A DNA stretch of 64,000 bases, taken from NCBI GenBank assembly GCA_045106895.1, contig JBGCFM010000039.1, positions 64,001-128,000 on the forward strand, in the 5' to 3' direction. Within the stretch, counting starts at the first letter, position 1, and the number at the start of each line of letters is the position of its first letter. A model generated the notes under the pieces. The model saw only the letters and a list, made by a program, of their open reading frames with translations. It did no database searches and was not told the origin of the DNA. Made by a program: the position numbers and the translations under genes. This DNA comes from Polyangiales bacterium. Lineage in GTDB: Bacteria; Myxococcota_A; Polyangia; Polyangiales; Houyiibacteriaceae. Shown here in pieces: positions 56,274 through 64,000 of the stretch.

Positions 56274-58064
56274 ATGCAAGCGTCCCCGTCCCGCTCCGCC
56301 CCACTCCGTATCGCGCTCTGCCTTGTCGCCTGCGTCGCCTGCGGCGATGACTCGACCCCGCCTGCCCAAGATGCTTCCACGGACGTCTCAGCAGCTGACG
56401 CGCGCCAAGATGGCAGCGCTTCCGACGCGGCGAATGACGCGCAGAATACGAGGGACGCAGCAGCGAACGACGGCGGCGAGGACGCAGCGTCCATGGACGG
56501 CGGCGGGCCCGGCAGGATGATCACGTTGAGCGCGCTGAAGGCCTTTCCCACGGCGATGGGCGCGGGCATGTTCGTCACCGGCGGCCGTGGCGGGAAGACC
56601 TTCTTCGTGAACACGCGTGAGGACCTGCCCGAAGATGACCCGGCCTATGGCAGCTACGACGAGGCCACGGATACGTACGCCGGAACGCTCCGCTACTGCC
56701 TGACGGAGCACAACACCGTGGCGAAGAACGTGGTCTTCCTCGTCGGCGGAGAGTTCACGCTCACCCAAGGCGACCTCCGGGTAAACAACCAGCAAGGCCG
56801 GAGCATCTCGGTCTTAGGCCAGACCGCGCGCGACATTGGGGGCGTCCACATCACGGGGAGCGAGTTCATCGTCTTCTTCGACAACCTCGACAACGTCATC
56901 CTTCGTTTCGTGGACTTCAAACCAGGGCGCGCGTTTGTGGATCGCGACGTCACCGTCAGCGCGGGCAGCGTGCGCATCGGCGAGATGACCTATCCGATTG
57001 AGAACGACCGAATCCGTATCGGCAGCCGCAGCTACTGGGTCGATGGTGACAACCTCGTCCGCGAGAAGGACGGCATGAACATCACGCGGACCTACGACAT
57101 CATCGTCGACCACGTGACGGCGGGCTGGCACGGCGACGAGTCCTTCGAAGCGTATGCCTTCAACTTGGATGGCGAACCGTTCCGCAACGTCACGATTCAA
57201 CGCAGTCTCTTCTTGCCCGGCATTCGTGGGCACAACGTCGGCGGGCTCTTCGGCGGCGACGCGTCGGCGACGGTTGAAGGCGCGGGGCTCATCGAGAACG
57301 GTGATGTGCACCACAACTGCTTCGTGAACCTGACGCACCGTTTTCCGAACATTGGCGGCGGCGGGAGTGCGCGCGTTCGTGTCTTCAACAACGTCGCCTA
57401 CGGGTGGGGGAGTCGCCTCATGAACCTCTACGGCGACGGCCTCCTGGATGTCTTCAACAACTACTATCGCCGAAACCCATCGACGGCGGCGCCTTCGGTA
57501 CGTGACGACTTCCGCATGTTCAAGTTCGACTTCCTCTACGATCCCACGGGCTCCTTGGCTCCCTCCGTCTACGTCGCTGGGAACTTCGTCGATGGCTACA
57601 TCGAAGACCCGGAGGAAAACAACTGGAAGCTGCTCTCGCATTTCCGGGATTCACCACGTGGCGGAAACGAAGACCCCTTGTCGTCCGAGTACCAGCGAGC
57701 CACGCCCATCGATGATGCCGAGCATCCTATCAACGCGAGCAATGCACTCGATGCGCTCCCCGACGTCCTGAACGACGTCGGCGCCAACGTCGTCTTCGGC
57801 AGTGATGGAACGACCCGCTACGTCGACACGGTGGACGCGGCGTACCTTCGCCAGGTGGAGACAACGAGCGGCCCCGCTTCTCTGCCGAGCTCCGAGGCCT
57901 GGGTCTATCCGGACTACGAGAGTGGCTCCGTTCCGCGAGGCGACTTTGACAGCGACGGCGTACCGCTCGGCTGGACGGCGCCGAGCAACGTCGTCAATAG
58001 CGCCGGGTACAGCAACCAAGAGCTCTACTTTGCCGAGCAGGCCGGCGACTTCTTCCGGCTCTGA
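56274..58064 (+). CDS. Pectate lyase-like (PL1-type beta-helix) lipoprotein
   Basis: AFPTAMGAG...TGGRGG, GTLR, GQTA, IIVDHVT.GW..DE, HRFP, FNNVAYGW. Confidence 0.8.
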   Translation: MQASPSRSAPLRIALCLVACVACGDDSTPPAQDASTDVSAADARQDGSASDAANDAQNTRDAAANDGGEDAASMDGGGPGRMITLSALKAFPTAMGAGMFVTGGRGGKTFFVNTREDLPEDDPAYGSYDEATDTYAGTLRYCLTEHNTVAKNVVFLVGGEFTLTQGDLRVNNQQGRSISVLGQTARDIGGVHITGSEFIVFFDNLDNVILRFVDFKPGRAFVDRDVTVSAGSVRIGEMTYPIENDRIRIGSRSYWVDGDNLVREKDGMNITRTYDIIVDHVTAGWHGDESFEAYAFNLDGEPFRNVTIQRSLFLPGIRGHNVGGLFGGDASATVEGAGLIENGDVHHNCFVNLTHRFPNIGGGGSARVRVFNNVAYGWGSRLMNLYGDGLLDVFNNYYRRNPSTAAPSVRDDFRMFKFDFLYDPTGSLAPSVYVAGNFVDGYIEDPEENNWKLLSHFRDSPRGGNEDPLSSEYQRATPIDDAEHPINASNALDALPDVLNDVGANVVFGSDGTTRYVDTVDAAYLRQVETTSGPASLPSSEAWVYPDYESGSVPRGDFDSDGVPLGWTAPSNVVNSAGYSNQELYFAEQAGDFFRL

Positions 58065-58162
58065 GTGCACAAAGCCCGGGGCGGACTTTTTTCCACAGCG
58101 GGCATTATTTTTTCATAAAGCGCCCGGCCTATCTCCATTGCATGAGTAGAAAGGACACTCAC

Positions 58163-58741
58163 ATGTCTCACACCTACTCATTCTTTTTGATTCTCTCTCT
58201 TCTTGCTTTCGGCTGCCAACAAGATGGTTCCATCGGCACCGACGGCGTCATCGCCGGACTCAATCGAACCGATCCCGGCGCAACCCTTCCCACAGGCGGA
58301 GAGATCGCCGTCGTCTGGTCCGTGACGAGCGGCTCCCCGGACTATAGCTACGTCGCGGGACGCGGTAGCTTGAGCGCAACGGGCTTCGAGCTCACGTTGC
58401 CGAGCGAGATGCCCGCCGAGGCCGTCAACAGCTACGGCGTCGGCGTTGGAATCATCGCCGCGTGGCCCGAGGGCGCGCCCGCGGACGGCCGCGTGAGCGA
58501 TGAGGCGGAAGACGGCCTCCAGGTGGGCGTCATCGGCGCGACCGAGCGACACGCCATCATCTACGTGGCCCCGGACGCCTCCGGCGAACTCGAATGGTCA
58601 TCCGAGTTTCCAGCCGGGTTCAGCTGCGGCGTAGGAGTCGACAGCGAGTCCGGCTTCGACACCTTCGAGCCTATCAGCTGTGATCTCGTCGAGCTGCGCA
58701 TCGGAAACCTCGCCGACTTCGACTTCGTCAACTGGACCTGA
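58163..58741 (+). CDS. Hypothetical lipoprotein
   Basis: AAGGA RBS; lipobox AFGC. Confidence 0.75.
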   Translation: MSHTYSFFLILSLLAFGCQQDGSIGTDGVIAGLNRTDPGATLPTGGEIAVVWSVTSGSPDYSYVAGRGSLSATGFELTLPSEMPAEAVNSYGVGVGIIAAWPEGAPADGRVSDEAEDGLQVGVIGATERHAIIYVAPDASGELEWSSEFPAGFSCGVGVDSESGFDTFEPISCDLVELRIGNLADFDFVNWT

Positions 58742-58748
58742 GCTCCTC

Positions 58749-59858
58749 TTGCGCCTCCTCCTCCCACTTTTTCTTCTCGCGCTGTCGACGCTTCATGCGT
58801 CGGCGGCGCGCGCTGAGTGGTGGGTGCAATCGCCGAACGACGCGTGTGTGAGCCGCGCGTCGCTCGTCGCGGAGCTGGTCGCCATGGTGCCTCAGGACAA
58901 GCTGGCGGCGGGGCCTCGGCGCACGGCGCGGGTATCGCTGAGCCCAAGCGAAGGCCGACTGAGCATCCTCGTCGCCAGCCGCGGTGTCGTGCTGGGTGAG
59001 CGCGTCGTCGCGGCTCCGGGGGCGACGTGCGAAGAGCTCGCCGAGGCGGCGGTCTTCGTTCTGGCCACGCTCATCGAGGGCGATGTCGGACTCGACGCGA
59101 CGACGGCAGAGCTGCCGCAAGACGAAGGCGCGACGATGCTCGCGCCACCGGTCCAGGAAGACACGTCGGCGGAAGAAGCAACGAGCGAGGAGGCGGAGCA
59201 GGAAGCGGAACACAGCGCGCGTCGCGAGATCCAGCGCGAAGGAAGCGAGCTCCTGGACACGCCAGGCATCCGCGGCGATGAGGTCCGGGAGAGCGGCGGC
59301 GAAGAGCGCGCGCGAGAGTTCGCGCAAGAGCCGATCCCGAGCGAAGTGCTCCTCGCCGCGGGGGTCATGCTTCGCTCCGGCGCCGAGCCGTCCTTCGGCG
59401 TGGGCCCGCGACTCTCTGTCTCCTGGCGACGTGGCCGGCTTCGGCTCGCCGCTCACGGCGCGTTCTTCAGGCGCACGCTCCCCGTCGACTCGCGCGAGTT
59501 CATCCTCAACGCGGGCGAGCTCGGCGTTCGCGGATGTGCCGGCACCCTCTCCGGCGCACTTCGCGTCGAGGGGTGTCTCGGCGTCGACGTCGGAATCCAC
59601 GCGGGACGCGGCTTGGGCTTCGACACCGACGAGCGAAGTGTCCTCACTTCCATCGGAATCGCCGGGAGCGTCGGCGTTCGCTACACCTTCGCGCCCTTGT
59701 TCGTCCGCGGGAGCCTGCACGGCGTGGGCCGCGTACAGCCTGTGCGATTTACGCGCAATGTCGGTCGCGATACGAGCGATGTCTTCGCGCAGAGCCCCTT
59801 CTCCGCGGGCGGAACGCTGGAGCTTGGCCTTGTGCTCGGCGGGGGCGCTGCCGAGTGA
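58749..59858 (+). CDS. Putative envelope/outer-membrane partner of the ECF pair
   Basis: Signal peptide; C...GERVV...CEELAEAAVFVLA N-domain; acidic linker; beta-barrel-like C-terminus; GTGA overlap with the sigma gene. Confidence 0.65.
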   Translation: MRLLLPLFLLALSTLHASAARAEWWVQSPNDACVSRASLVAELVAMVPQDKLAAGPRRTARVSLSPSEGRLSILVASRGVVLGERVVAAPGATCEELAEAAVFVLATLIEGDVGLDATTAELPQDEGATMLAPPVQEDTSAEEATSEEAEQEAEHSARREIQREGSELLDTPGIRGDEVRESGGEERAREFAQEPIPSEVLLAAGVMLRSGAEPSFGVGPRLSVSWRRGRLRLAAHGAFFRRTLPVDSREFILNAGELGVRGCAGTLSGALRVEGCLGVDVGIHAGRGLGFDTDERSVLTSIGIAGSVGVRYTFAPLFVRGSLHGVGRVQPVRFTRNVGRDTSDVFAQSPFSAGGTLELGLVLGGGAAE

Positions 59859-60379
59859 GCCGCCAGAACAAACTTGAGACGCTCTTCGCCGAACACGGGC
59901 GCTTCGTGTATCGCGTGGCCCGGCGGCTCGGTGCACCCACGCGGGACGTGGAGGACATCACGCAGGAGGTCTTCGTCGTGGCGTATCGCAAGCTCGAGGA
60001 CTTTGACGGCGTCTCTCCACGAGGCTGGCTCTTTCGTATCACCGCGCGGGTCACCGCCGACTACCGAAAACGCGCGAGCAACCGCCACGAAGACTTGGCA
60101 GCGCCGCTTCCCGACGCCGGCGCCGAGTTCGTGGATGACGCCGTCGCCCAGGCCCAGCTGCGCCAAGCCCTCGATGCTGCGCTCTTGCTTCTAAAGCCGG
60201 CGGAGCGCGAAGTGTTTGTGCTCTACCAACTCGAAAAGCTCCCCATGCGCGAGTGCGCGCTTCTCATCGGCTGTCCCGAGCAGACCGCATACTCGCGACT
60301 CAAGTCCGGCCGGCAAAAAGTCCGGCGCCACCTGAGCCGACATCTCAACATCGCAACCACACTACAAGAGGTGAGCTAA
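59855..60379 (+). CDS. ECF RNA polymerase sigma factor
   Basis: FVYRVARRLG...EDITQEVFVVAYRKL...WLFRIT; REVFVLYQLE...TAYSRL. Confidence 0.92.
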   Translation: MSRQNKLETLFAEHGRFVYRVARRLGAPTRDVEDITQEVFVVAYRKLEDFDGVSPRGWLFRITARVTADYRKRASNRHEDLAAPLPDAGAEFVDDAVAQAQLRQALDAALLLLKPAEREVFVLYQLEKLPMRECALLIGCPEQTAYSRLKSGRQKVRRHLSRHLNIATTLQEVS

Positions 60380-60381
60380 CC

Positions 60382-61293
60382 ATGAACGATGATTGGCAAG
60401 ACGCCCTCCCCCCGCATGCGCGTGATGTCATCGCGTCGGCGGACCTCGACGATTGCGATGAAGCGGCCTTCGAACGCATGCAGAACAAAGTGCGCGCGGC
60501 GGTGCTCATCGCTGGCGTGAGCGCGGGCGCGGCTGGTGCGAGCGCCGCTGCCGCCGAAGGATCCGCCGCAAGCGCAGCCGGGGCCGTGGCACTGAAGGGC
60601 GCCATCTCCTTGAAGCTCTTGGGGACCTTCGTCCTCGGCGCGGCGCTCGTCGGCGGCGTGACGTGGACGGCGTCGCAAAACGGGGCGGAGACTGGACGCG
60701 GGGAGAGCGCGGAGACCGCGGAGGCCGCGCCCGAATCGAGCGGGGAGGCAGAGTCGCGGGAGGCAGAGTCGCGGGAAGCAGAGTCGATGGCGGTACAGGA
60801 GGCAGAGTCGATGGCGGCGCAGGAGGCGGAGCGCACCACACCTCAGAGCGAAACCGGGCCGGAGCCCGCGGAACCATCCCGCGTAGGGGCGCGATTGGAG
60901 CCCGAAGCTGGCCCCGCGCTGCGGCCCGCCGCGCGAGCACGAGAGCGGCGTCCGCGCGAGCCTGGCGCGGAGGCGCGTTCTCCAAGCGGTGGCGCGGAGC
61001 CGAACCGGACGGAAGAAGCTGCGCCGCCGGGAACTTTCGTCGATGAGCTGCGCCTGCTCCGCGAGCTGCGACAGGCCGCCCAAAACACGCCGACGCGCGC
61101 CCTCGCCTTGGCCCGAGAGCACCGCGCACGTTTCGCCGGGTCGGGGCTCGCGCCCGAGCGCGACGTCTATCGAATTCAGGCGCTCGTGCGTCTGAACCGC
61201 CGCGAAGATGCCGGCGCAGCCGCGGCCGCGTTCCACCGACGTTTCCCCGGCTCGGCCTACGCCGCTCGCGTGGACGCTCTGCTTCAAGACTAA
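60382..61293 (+). CDS. Putative membrane anti-sigma factor with a C-terminal TPR domain
   Basis: Ala-rich N-terminus and TM helix; EAES repeat linker; ELRLL...ALAL..EH..RF...L..ER....I.AL...FP.S.Y. Confidence 0.75.
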   Translation: MNDDWQDALPPHARDVIASADLDDCDEAAFERMQNKVRAAVLIAGVSAGAAGASAAAAEGSAASAAGAVALKGAISLKLLGTFVLGAALVGGVTWTASQNGAETGRGESAETAEAAPESSGEAESREAESREAESMAVQEAESMAAQEAERTTPQSETGPEPAEPSRVGARLEPEAGPALRPAARARERRPREPGAEARSPSGGAEPNRTEEAAPPGTFVDELRLLRELRQAAQNTPTRALALAREHRARFAGSGLAPERDVYRIQALVRLNRREDAGAAAAAFHRRFPGSAYAARVDALLQD

Positions 61294-61329
61294 GGGGCGG
61301 CGCACGCGGCGCATGCGCTAGACTCCCGC

Positions 61330-62478
61330 ATGGCTAGAATCGAGTTCGTTGCTGCGTGCCTCCTTTTACTGGCATGCGGCGACTCCAGCGCGATCGACGC
61401 GGGCGCGCTTGCAGACGTAACGCTCCTGGACGGATCGGTCTTCGACGACGCAGCGTCGGACGTCGGCGGGACGATGGTCGATGTGGGGGCGCGTGATGCC
61501 GCGGAGAGCGACGCGGGGCTTCCGGATGCCGGCGACGATGCACTCGCAGTCGCCGACGCGGGCAGCGACGCACCAACGGATGCCGGAAGCGACGCTCGCG
61601 AAGCCGACGCTGGACCGGCGACGGTGACGCGCACCTACCGGGCCTGGGTGTGGAACGTCGCGGGCCACCTCATTCACCGAGGATCCACCACCGACGGGCT
61701 CATCGAGGCGGCGGTCTCGTCCATCGTAAGTCGCGACATCGACTTCGTGGGTTTCAACGAGCTTTGCGGCTCTCAGTATCGCGCTCTCCAAGCGGCCCTG
61801 CGCGACGCGGGGTGGCCCAGCACAGATAACTTCTCGCGCTTCGCCGAAGGAAGACCCGCGGGAACCGCCGTCTGCGCGGGGAGCAACTTTGGCAACGCCA
61901 TCTTCAGCCGAGAGCCCCTCGGCGGCGCGAGCCGGCTCATGTTGCCGGAAGACGGCCGCACGGAGACCCGCAGCCTGCTTTGCGCGCCCCTCGCTGACCT
62001 GCCCCACATGCGCTGGTGCACCACGCACGTAACGACCTCAAACGAAGTCGGCGCCGATGGTTTCGCCGCGAACGTGCGGCAGCTTCGTTTCATTCAGCAG
62101 CAGCTCCTCGACTGGCACGACGAGGGCGACACCGTCCTCATCGGCGGCGACTTCAACGCCCAGCCACACTACGGACGCCTCAACCGCTTCTACGCCCCCA
62201 GCGTCGACACCGCCGTCAACGGCGACAACCGCGGCGTGCACCGCGAGCTCGATGACCTCGACGAACGCTGCCTCGGGCACGGTGAACGAACCGTCGCGGA
62301 GCCCACCGGCGGCCCTTGCAATACCGGCGTCAAGATCGACCTCTTCTTCGCGCGGGAGGACGAGATCGTCGGCAGCTACGACAGCGACTCGCTTTCTATT
62401 TCCAACGCGTGCGGCGGCGCCTGTTCGGACCACCGCATCATCATCGGCGAAGTGACGCTGCGTATTCGAGAGCCTTGA
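61330..62478 (+). CDS. Endonuclease/exonuclease/phosphatase (EEP) family lipoprotein
   Basis: Lipobox LLAC; WNV, FNE, GNAIFSR, TTH, GGDFN, IDLFF and SDH motifs. Confidence 0.88.
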   Translation: MARIEFVAACLLLLACGDSSAIDAGALADVTLLDGSVFDDAASDVGGTMVDVGARDAAESDAGLPDAGDDALAVADAGSDAPTDAGSDAREADAGPATVTRTYRAWVWNVAGHLIHRGSTTDGLIEAAVSSIVSRDIDFVGFNELCGSQYRALQAALRDAGWPSTDNFSRFAEGRPAGTAVCAGSNFGNAIFSREPLGGASRLMLPEDGRTETRSLLCAPLADLPHMRWCTTHVTTSNEVGADGFAANVRQLRFIQQQLLDWHDEGDTVLIGGDFNAQPHYGRLNRFYAPSVDTAVNGDNRGVHRELDDLDERCLGHGERTVAEPTGGPCNTGVKIDLFFAREDEIVGSYDSDSLSISNACGGACSDHRIIIGEVTLRIREP

Positions 62479-62514
62479 TGAACACGGCCGTTTGCAGCGG
62501 TGCTCTTTCCTCGC

Positions 62515-62967
62515 CTACTCGGGAACACGTCGCACAATTGAACGCGTAACCATCGCGGGGATGGCCAGCGCCGCGACCATCGGGAGCGTCGCGAGGAAGG
62601 GCGCCGGCGAGCTCTCGAGCACGGCACCGAGGGCCCCCACGCCGAGAATGGCGGCTAGCAACCCCCAAAACAAAAAGCGCGCCCCACGACGGTTCAAAAT
62701 GAACGGGACGATGCCGTACTGGTACGCGCCATGAAGCCCTCGTTGAGCTTCCCGCAGACACTTCTCATGGAGAGCCACGACGGGAGGCCATTTGCGCGCC
62801 ACCACGGCAAGCTCTTCGCGCCGGGTGACGACCTCGCCACAGACGCGACAGACCACCGGCAGTGAATCGAGAGTCGGTTTCGTCGAACTGTTCAAAGCGA
62901 AGACGAGGCTGCTCCACGAGGTCTGCGAGAGCAAGTGTAAGGATGCTTTTTCGTGGACGACGATCAC
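62515..62967 (-). CDS. Hypothetical membrane protein
   Basis: CRVC...HEKC followed by two TM helices; true start probably further downstream. Confidence 0.45.
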   Translation of the reverse strand: MIVVHEKASLHLLSQTSWSSLVFALNSSTKPTLDSLPVVCRVCGEVVTRREELAVVARKWPPVVALHEKCLREAQRGLHGAYQYGIVPFILNRRGARFLFWGLLAAILGVGALGAVLESSPAPFLATLPMVAALAIPAMVTRSIVRRVPE

Positions 62968-63010
62968 ACAGGCGTCGCCTTTCGAGACTGAGCTCGCCGA
63001 CGACTACCGC

Positions 63011-63637
63011 TCAGCCCCCGTTCGGCAAGGGCGGCACGGCGTGCTCCTCGTGGGCTTCGTCATAACCGCGCTCCGCAAAGCCGGACACCACATGCGCATG
63101 CGCCTTGATGAGCGCGATAGCCGCCGGCGTGCTTCCGCGGTGGACGACGGCCACGCCGCCGGGGACGTCTTCGATCTCCATGGACATCTCGTGGGCGTGC
63201 TCCCCGAGGGCGACAAAGAGCGGGTCCCAGTGGCGGATTCTCCCCCCCGCTTCCATGTGGGCCGCGATCTCGCGAACGTGCTGTCGCAAGAGCGCCACGA
63301 CCGCTGCATCTTCGCTCGTGGTCACGCTGGCGATTCCGTCGGCTCGCTCTTCGACGTTGCGCGTGATGGTCTCGTGGTGATCGAGGAGGCCATGAATTCT
63401 CTCGCGAAGCTCAGCGTGAGCACCTCCTCCATGCCCTCCATGTCCTCCGCCATGCTGCTGCCTTCCCGCATGTCGTCCGCGATGCCTCCCCCCGTGTCTT
63501 CCGCGATACGCCCGCTCGCGGCCCTCGCACTCGGCGTCTTCGCCGTGGCTCGCCGCCGATGTCTCCAGCGGTATCGCGGCGGAAGACGCGCACCCCAGAC
63601 ACCCGATAAGCAGCACCGCCCCATGTATTTGAGTCAT
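63011..63637 (-). CDS. His/Gly-rich exported protein paired with the DUF3365 gene
   Basis: Lipobox CLGC; GGGHGGHGG tract; IHGLLDHH...QHV...WDPLF...AHA; ATGA overlap with the upstream gene. Confidence 0.7.
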   Translation of the reverse strand: MTQIHGAVLLIGCLGCASSAAIPLETSAASHGEDAECEGRERAYRGRHGGRHRGRHAGRQQHGGGHGGHGGGAHAELRERIHGLLDHHETITRNVEERADGIASVTTSEDAAVVALLRQHVREIAAHMEAGGRIRHWDPLFVALGEHAHEMSMEIEDVPGGVAVVHRGSTPAAIALIKAHAHVVSGFAERGYDEAHEEHAVPPLPNGG

Positions 63638-64000
63638 CTTTCTCGCCTTTCTTCGTCGCATTCTGCCCGCGCCCAAACGACGCCCCGAAGGTCGCCGCTT
63701 TGGTATCCGCGGGCTTGATCGTTCGGATATCGCGCTTCGATGGCCGCCAGGATGGGCGGCGCGATGTCGTCGCCGTGGCAGGTGAGACACAGCTCGCCGG
63801 TGACGAGCGGGCTCACGAGCCGCGCCTCTCCCTCAGCGAGCTCGCTCCATTCACTTGGCGCTTCCCCTTCGCTCTGCGCCGCGAGGTAGGATCGCACCCA
63901 AGAAGGCGCCTGCCCATTGGCGTCAGGGTTGCGAAGACGCGACGCCGTGCGGCCGAGCTCCACGCCGGACTCGCGTTGAACGCGCGCGCGGATCATCTCG
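63634..64000 (-). CDS. DUF3365 / Tll0287-like c-type heme protein, C-terminal part
   Basis: RTASRLRNP, CLTCHG, YPNDQARGY..GDLRG; 5' end lies outside the window. Confidence 0.85.
   Translation of the reverse strand, partial: EMIRARVQRESGVELGRTASRLRNPDANGQAPSWVRSYLAAQSEGEAPSEWSELAEGEARLVSPLVTGELCLTCHGDDIAPPILAAIEARYPNDQARGYQSGDLRGVVWARAECDEERRER

Noticed and set aside
60745..60831. GAGGCAGAGTCG repeats
   Set aside because: In-frame EAES low-complexity linker of the anti-sigma factor.
61330..62478. EEP protein as a defence nuclease or retroelement endonuclease
   Set aside because: It carries a lipoprotein signal, so it is exported, and no reverse transcriptase or defence partners are adjacent.

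Overview
High-GC, gene-dense bacterial DNA with about 55 CDS. The content (Ser/Thr kinases, FHA/PP2C cluster, kinase-TPR-GAF-sigma54 activator, ECF sigma/TPR anti-sigma pairs, many Cys-rich lipoproteins) is typical of Myxococcota, probably Polyangiales/Sandaracinaceae-like; this is inferred from gene content only. No rRNA, tRNA, CRISPR array, transposase or integrase was recognised. The best candidate for an undescribed system is a 4.2-kb islet (29212-33409) bounded by a perfect 36-bp direct repeat that duplicates the 3' end of the neighbouring gene. It carries a three-gene operon: a Ser/Thr kinase fused to a pseudo-receiver and a pseudo-HPt domain, a 3xTusA (plus one degenerate TusA)-DsrE fusion, and a rhodanese fused to an unknown domain, suggesting a kinase-linked persulfide relay. 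Other signals: a 17-bp tandem repeat forming a chain of stop/start-coupled mini-ORFs (38533-38617); a strong Fur-box match (855-873); a sigma54 promoter with candidate enhancer sites; two ECF/anti-sigma/outer-membrane modules; TANNNT boxes 5-7 nt before at least 11 start codons (leaderless-type); and a decayed Coq4-like gene. All product calls come from motif recognition by eye; no database search was run.
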